Positions 58,703 to 64,000 of a stretch of 64,000 bases of DNA are shown piece after piece; position 1 is the stretch's first letter, and each line of letters begins with the position of its first letter. Position numbers and translations under genes: made by a program. Under the pieces are notes generated by a model. The model was not told the DNA's origin. It did no database searches and was given only the letters and a program-made list of their open reading frames with translations. The DNA is taken from positions 149,957 through 213,956 of the forward strand of contig JAAOMT010000460.1 in NCBI GenBank assembly GCA_016748015.1, read 5' to 3'. Source of the DNA: Geosiphon pyriformis uo1 (lineage: Eukaryota > Fungi > Glomeromycota).

Positions 58703-61700
58703 TGTTATTAGTAGAATTTTACCTATTAAATAACATAAAGTTATCCTCATAATTCTTATTATTAATTAGTATATATTATTATTATTTCAATTATCACTTA
58801 TTATTTAATTAAATTATTAAATATTATTATTCAATTAATAATCTAATTTGTATTATAGAAATTAAGATGATTAAATTACACAATATCTTAACTATTTAAT
58901 ATTCAAAAATTCGCTAAAATCAACAGAAATTGGCTAAAATAATCAATAGTTTATAAAAATAACTTGTAATTCACTGAAATGTATTTTTAGTTTACTAAAA
59001 TTGTAGCAAAGAAAAAAGTGCAAGTTCAAAGACTAGTACTACAGTAAATTGTATAAAAAAAGAGCTTCTCTCTTCAAAAAAATGTATCTTATCATAGTAT
59101 CTTACTTTAGATATTTTAATTAGAACAAATTATCTCTTACACTTCTTTACAAAATCAAATAAAAATTAAAATAGTCAAAAACCAAATTCTTAATTATTAT
59201 ACTTAAAATTTACAAAAACTCACCTAATATTTTAAAATTAATTAGCTACTAATTTCAATAATCTGTTAGTAACTTCAGGCCTGGATAGAAAACGTTTTCC
59301 TTAACAGAATTCTATTTTTTTTACATTTTTTTTATATTTCTTTTATTTATTTATTTTTCTTATTATAATTATTGGGGGTCTTCGGACATACTTTATGAAA
59401 TCTCTCCATCATCGGCTTTCTGTTGCTATGCATAAGCATTTGTATGATGGGTGCTACTCCAGTGTGGTGTGTTTGTCCTGTGGTAATATAGAATTCTCAG
59501 ACTATGTTTTTGTCTGTCTGTTTGAGACTGCTGGTCGTGCTCAGTTTTTGGATGCTCATGTGTCTCTTTGGGAAACGCGATCTGGCCTCTCTCAATCTAC
59601 TTTGTGTGTCTCACAGTTGTTGGCCTCTTGTTTTTCCAATGCTACAATTAGTACTACTCTGTATAAGGGTTTTGTTTTTGATAATTGGTACCATAAATTC
59701 CTTTTGGTCTTTAAGGATGCTGAGGTTGCGGCTTTGAATATTGTGTGTTTTGTATGTAAGTTTTGTTTCACATTTCACAATGAATTTTGGCTAGTCCATA
59801 TCAAATACTAAGCTTTTATGGAAAGGAATAGACTTATTCCTCATGATGGCTCCATTCCTGCCCTGGTTCCTGGTCTACCTACAGTGCTTTCGGCTAATGT
59901 GATCAGATTGTTGGGTGTCATTGAGGCTTTTGGTGTTGGTTTCGGTTTTTGTAAATCTTGTTTGTTTTTTTCAGATATAGGGAATTTTGTTTCTGTTAAG
60001 ATAGGTGCATAGTGTTGTTCTGATTGGCCTGAATGGCTGGTCACGTGTAGAAAATACATGATTTGCTTCTGGTTTAGATCATTTATGTGATGTATAGTTC
60101 TAGATTGCATTTGGATCTTACTTGTTAAATGTAATAAAAAAAAATTTATTGGGGTAGTCTACAGACAAGATTTCTGTAGAAGAGTTAACTTTTACAACAA
60201 AGTAACTGTATATTTTTAGTGAGCTTTCAGACAAGCAATTTCTGGGAAAAAATTAATGTTTACTACAATATAACTACACAAAATAACTGGTATAGAATTG
60301 GTCATTCTACTTATAAGCCTAGCAATTCAAATTATAAGAGATAATTTGAAAATAAATTCAGTTATTGGAGGTTAACTACTTTTTTTAGTCATAAATTTAC
60401 AGCAAACAGACATTAATAACATTTAAAAAAAGAGACCAAAAATCTCCAGTAATATTTAGTGCTCTTCTATGGAAATAACACAGCAATAACAACTTCAAAG
60501 TAGTAACCACACCAAATACAACAACTTTAGAGTATTATTAGTCAATTTATACTCACTGCAAACAAAAATTCAACATCCAAAACGGAATTGAAATTTTCAA
60601 GAAATCACTATACCAATACATTAAAAATTGCATCAACAATTATTTTTTTGAAAACTACAACATTTCAGAAGTTAGAAACAAACTCTATAAAAATCTATTG
60701 CACTATTCTCATTTGGGAACTGAAGATTTTAACAGTAAAACACTTAAAACTTATTTTTACAAACTCAACTATAACATTATTTAACATTGTAAAAAAAAAT
60801 ATCCAGTACAGTTCAAATACTTTTTTGACTTTGAATCAGAACCAGAAAACAACAACAACAGAAAACAGAAAAAAAAACATCTCAAGTTAGCCATATAATT
60901 CACAACACACCAAAAACAACTGCCAAATACTTGCAAATATCTGAACAGAAAACCAACATCAAATTACTTTCTATTACACCATTTCTAATTTCACTTGCTC
61001 AACCACAAACTTTCAACTTACCACTTATCTGATTTTCAAACTAGAAGATTTTTAGTCACCTAAAGATCCTACTTAATAGCAAAAACCAATATCAACTAGC
61101 ACCAATCTCCTTAATTACTTAGAAGAAAATCAAAATAATTATTTAAAGAACTTAAAAAGTGAAGAAACTAAATCAGAACAAAAAAAAACCACCAAAAATA
61201 AAGAAAAAATGACAACTGCTTATATTGCAAAGATTCCAAAATTCATTAATAAAAATAATGATACTAACTCTTAAGAATAACTTGACAAAATCTCAAAAAC
61301 AGAAAATACAAATAGATAAAATGCAGTAAGAATGCTTAAAGCAATCTCATATTTTCTCCAAAAAACAGCAAAAAAATGGTTTGAAAACTTAGATGAACTA
61401 TTTAAAAACTGGCAAGCATTTAAAAATGCTTTTTTACAACAATTCACTAACAATAACACCTCTATTACTCTCTGAAATTGCTTTTACAATATTAAACAAA
61501 AACTATTTGAATCTGTTATGACTTATCTTGGGAAATTCAACAAACTCTTTTAACAAATTTGACAATTAGAAACCAATGAATATTATTTCAATACCCAGAT
61601 TTTGGATCACTTTATAGCAGGATTAAAAGACAAATTAATCAAAAAAGTTTGTTTTCATGCTTCAGCAAACTTAGCTACAGCCATTTGATATGCAAAAAAC

Positions 61701-64000
61701 TATAAAATAGCAATGAAAAAAGCAAATCATATCAAACTTGTGAATCTTGCTATTGAAAAAACCAGCTTAACAGCTGAAAAAAAAATTGACCAACTTACAA
61801 AGAAGATCAAGAACTATTTTATCAACCAACAACAATAGCAACAACTACAAAAATATTAATTACTCTAATAACACAATTAAAACAACTATCCTTCATTATT
61901 TAACAATCAACCATAAAGCTGTCATTATTGTAAAATTCTAGGACATTGGAAATAAAATTGTAAAAAGACATAAAGAGACCAACAAAACAGAAATAATCAA
62001 TATTATTCTCAATTCCAACAATCTCCTTACCAATTTCTATTACCATCTGTCTATTATTTCTCAAGACTTTAACAGCAAAACAATTATTATTAGCCTGTTT
62101 TACAATAGTAATATTAACCATTTTCATCAATACTACAGTACCAGCAATTACCTCTAGTTCAATAATATCAAATATCTGCAAGAAAATTAAGACAACAAAA
62201 CCAATTTACACTTTAAAATCAATTTCAGAATAATAACAACAAAAACAACTTAAACAACTAGTTAGTTCTTTGAAATTCTGGTTCACAACAATCCAATTAC
62301 TATCACCCAGTTATTTAACAATGTCAGAAAAACAAGATTTTCAACAAACTGCCTTTTTAAAAGTGAAGTTGTAGCACTAAGATCAAACTCTTTCAACAAT
62401 ACTATCTTACCAATTCAAATTGTCCAAAATACCAATCTCTCAGATATATTTCCATTTAAATTTGAAGCCAATGAATTATTATCTCTACTTAGCAATGCAG
62501 CAGTTAATGAACAAAAAGCAATCACAGCAATGTATACTAAAACTAAAATAGAAGAAAAACCAATTTAATTGATCTTAAATAGTAAATTTGCTGGAAATAT
62601 CATCATCTACCAACTAATATAATAGCTTTAATGAATTGTTGACAGACCAGTCCAAACAGTTATTGTTACTGCTAATGATATAAAAAAAATTTCAATAGGA
62701 AAAATTGATAATTTCTCTTTTATTATTGATGAAATTATCATTTTAGTTAAAGTTTTAATCATAAATGCACCCCAATATTAAGCTTTTGTCAGAAACAATT
62801 AATTTTTCAAGACCAATGCAAATTTAGATTGGAAAACCCAGGAATTGAAGATTTCATATTAAAAACAATATACCTAAATACCTGTTATATATAGTACTTT
62901 CAATAAATGAACTGAAAAAGTCTCAGTGTTCGAATTTGAAGAGGAGAAAGAACTACCAATTATTAAAATCTTTATGGCTCTTAAATTACCATCCAATTGG
63001 GCTAAAAAAACAGAACAAAAAATCTTTGAAAAAACCAGGAGATAAAATGTTGTTTAATACTCTATATTAAAATCACAGAAACAATTACTTTACATCTTAT
63101 TTAAATATAAAAATTGCAAGAAGAAACTTTTATCAATAGGAGCATGTATATATTCAGAAGAGAAATATGAAACATGTACCTGCTACTTTTGTAAAGCATG
63201 CCATAGAGAACGATTTAGATATCTCAAATGAAATAGAAAATAAGACAATACTTCTTGTCTTACATATAAAGATATATTACCAAAAGAATGCAACTGGATT
63301 AATATTGTAATAAAAGGAGAAGTATGTGACCAAATCTGCCAATATGCCTTATTAATCTCAGAAAAAGTCAAAAGAGAAACATTTTTTGATGTAGTATACA
63401 ATAGTGCTTTTAACAAACTCTATTACTACTCTTATAATACTGAAATAATCTTTGACTTAGCAATAGCTTTAATTAATGGAGCCATCCAAGAAAATGTCTG
63501 CCAAATGAAAGAAGCTGAATATATTGAATACACAATAGAATTAGCTGAATTTAACTATAAAGATGAAGTAAAAGCATATCATTAAATTGCAAACCATACT
63601 TACCCAATCCAAGAAGCTCAAATTCAACAATTAAAGCAAATGAACATTCAATTGTATAAAGAATATATCATGCCTTGTGATGACAAATAGTGTCCAGAAT
63701 ACTATGCCTTTAGCATCTTCTTGCCCAGCAAAAATAACCAAGAAGAAATTAAATTTGGAGAATCTAAGCCAGAAGAAGAAATTAATCTATCTTACTAAAA
63801 ATCAACCAGCTCTACAACTTAAATATTTCGACAACAATAGTCAAGAAATCAAGTCTAAAAAAGCTTATAAAATTGATGCAGAATATGACTTATGATATCT
63901 TGGCAAAGATACCTTAGTTCTTTAACCAAAACTTTCACTAAAATTAATTTAAAAATTGCTCTTAAAATTCTACCAGAAGCAATAGTTCAAATTACTTTTT
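58703..64000 (+). mobile_element. Second Gypsy family C element (5' LTR 58703-60454, PBS, gag, protease, Cys-rich domain, dUTPase start); runs off the window end
   Basis: LTR homologous to 37859-38830, PBS relic TAGTGCTCTTC (60457). Gag MLKAISYFLQKTAKKWF, PR LILNSKFAGNII (~62570), Cys domain CYFCKAC...VCDQICQYA, dUTPase KKAYKIDAEYDL (~63860). Confidence 0.88.
59378..60144 (+). mobile_element. 5'-truncated LINE insertion (ORF2 C-terminus, 3' UTR, poly(A)) inside LTR C
   Basis: TSD TTATTGGGG (59369-59377 / 60146-60154). RTYFMKSLHHRLSV...CLSCGNIEFSDYVFVC, stop at 60012, then AATAAA and poly(A). Confidence 0.9.

Overview
Eukaryotic, intron-containing fungal DNA. The gene and repeat content looks like Glomeromycotina, possibly Geosiphon-like (inference). 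Three ordinary CpG-retaining host genes are present: MED16 (5'-partial, +), a two-HMG-box TFAM/Abf2-like gene (-) and SF3B2/CUS1 (-). They flank a ~41 kb nest of retroelements (7.6-49 kb) and a second nest from ~53 kb to the window end. The nests hold at least three Ty3/Gypsy families (A, B, C) with TG..CA LTRs and a related TGGTGCTC PBS; 4-bp TSDs are clear for A and B. They also hold decayed and 5'-truncated APE-RT-RNaseH LINEs and a TSD-flanked, poly(A)-tailed ORF1-only retroposon. Main findings: (1) in all three Gypsy families Pol stops just after RNase H, and the integrase and a further conserved ORF follow as separate reading frames; (2) families B and C carry a Cys-rich domain and a dUTPase between protease and RT; (3) the ORF1-only 'half-LINE' shares a double-hairpin 3' tail with the LINEs; (4) repeats show massive C:G->T:A hypermutation, including non-CpG sites, which resembles RIP. 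All alignments and motif matches were made by eye.
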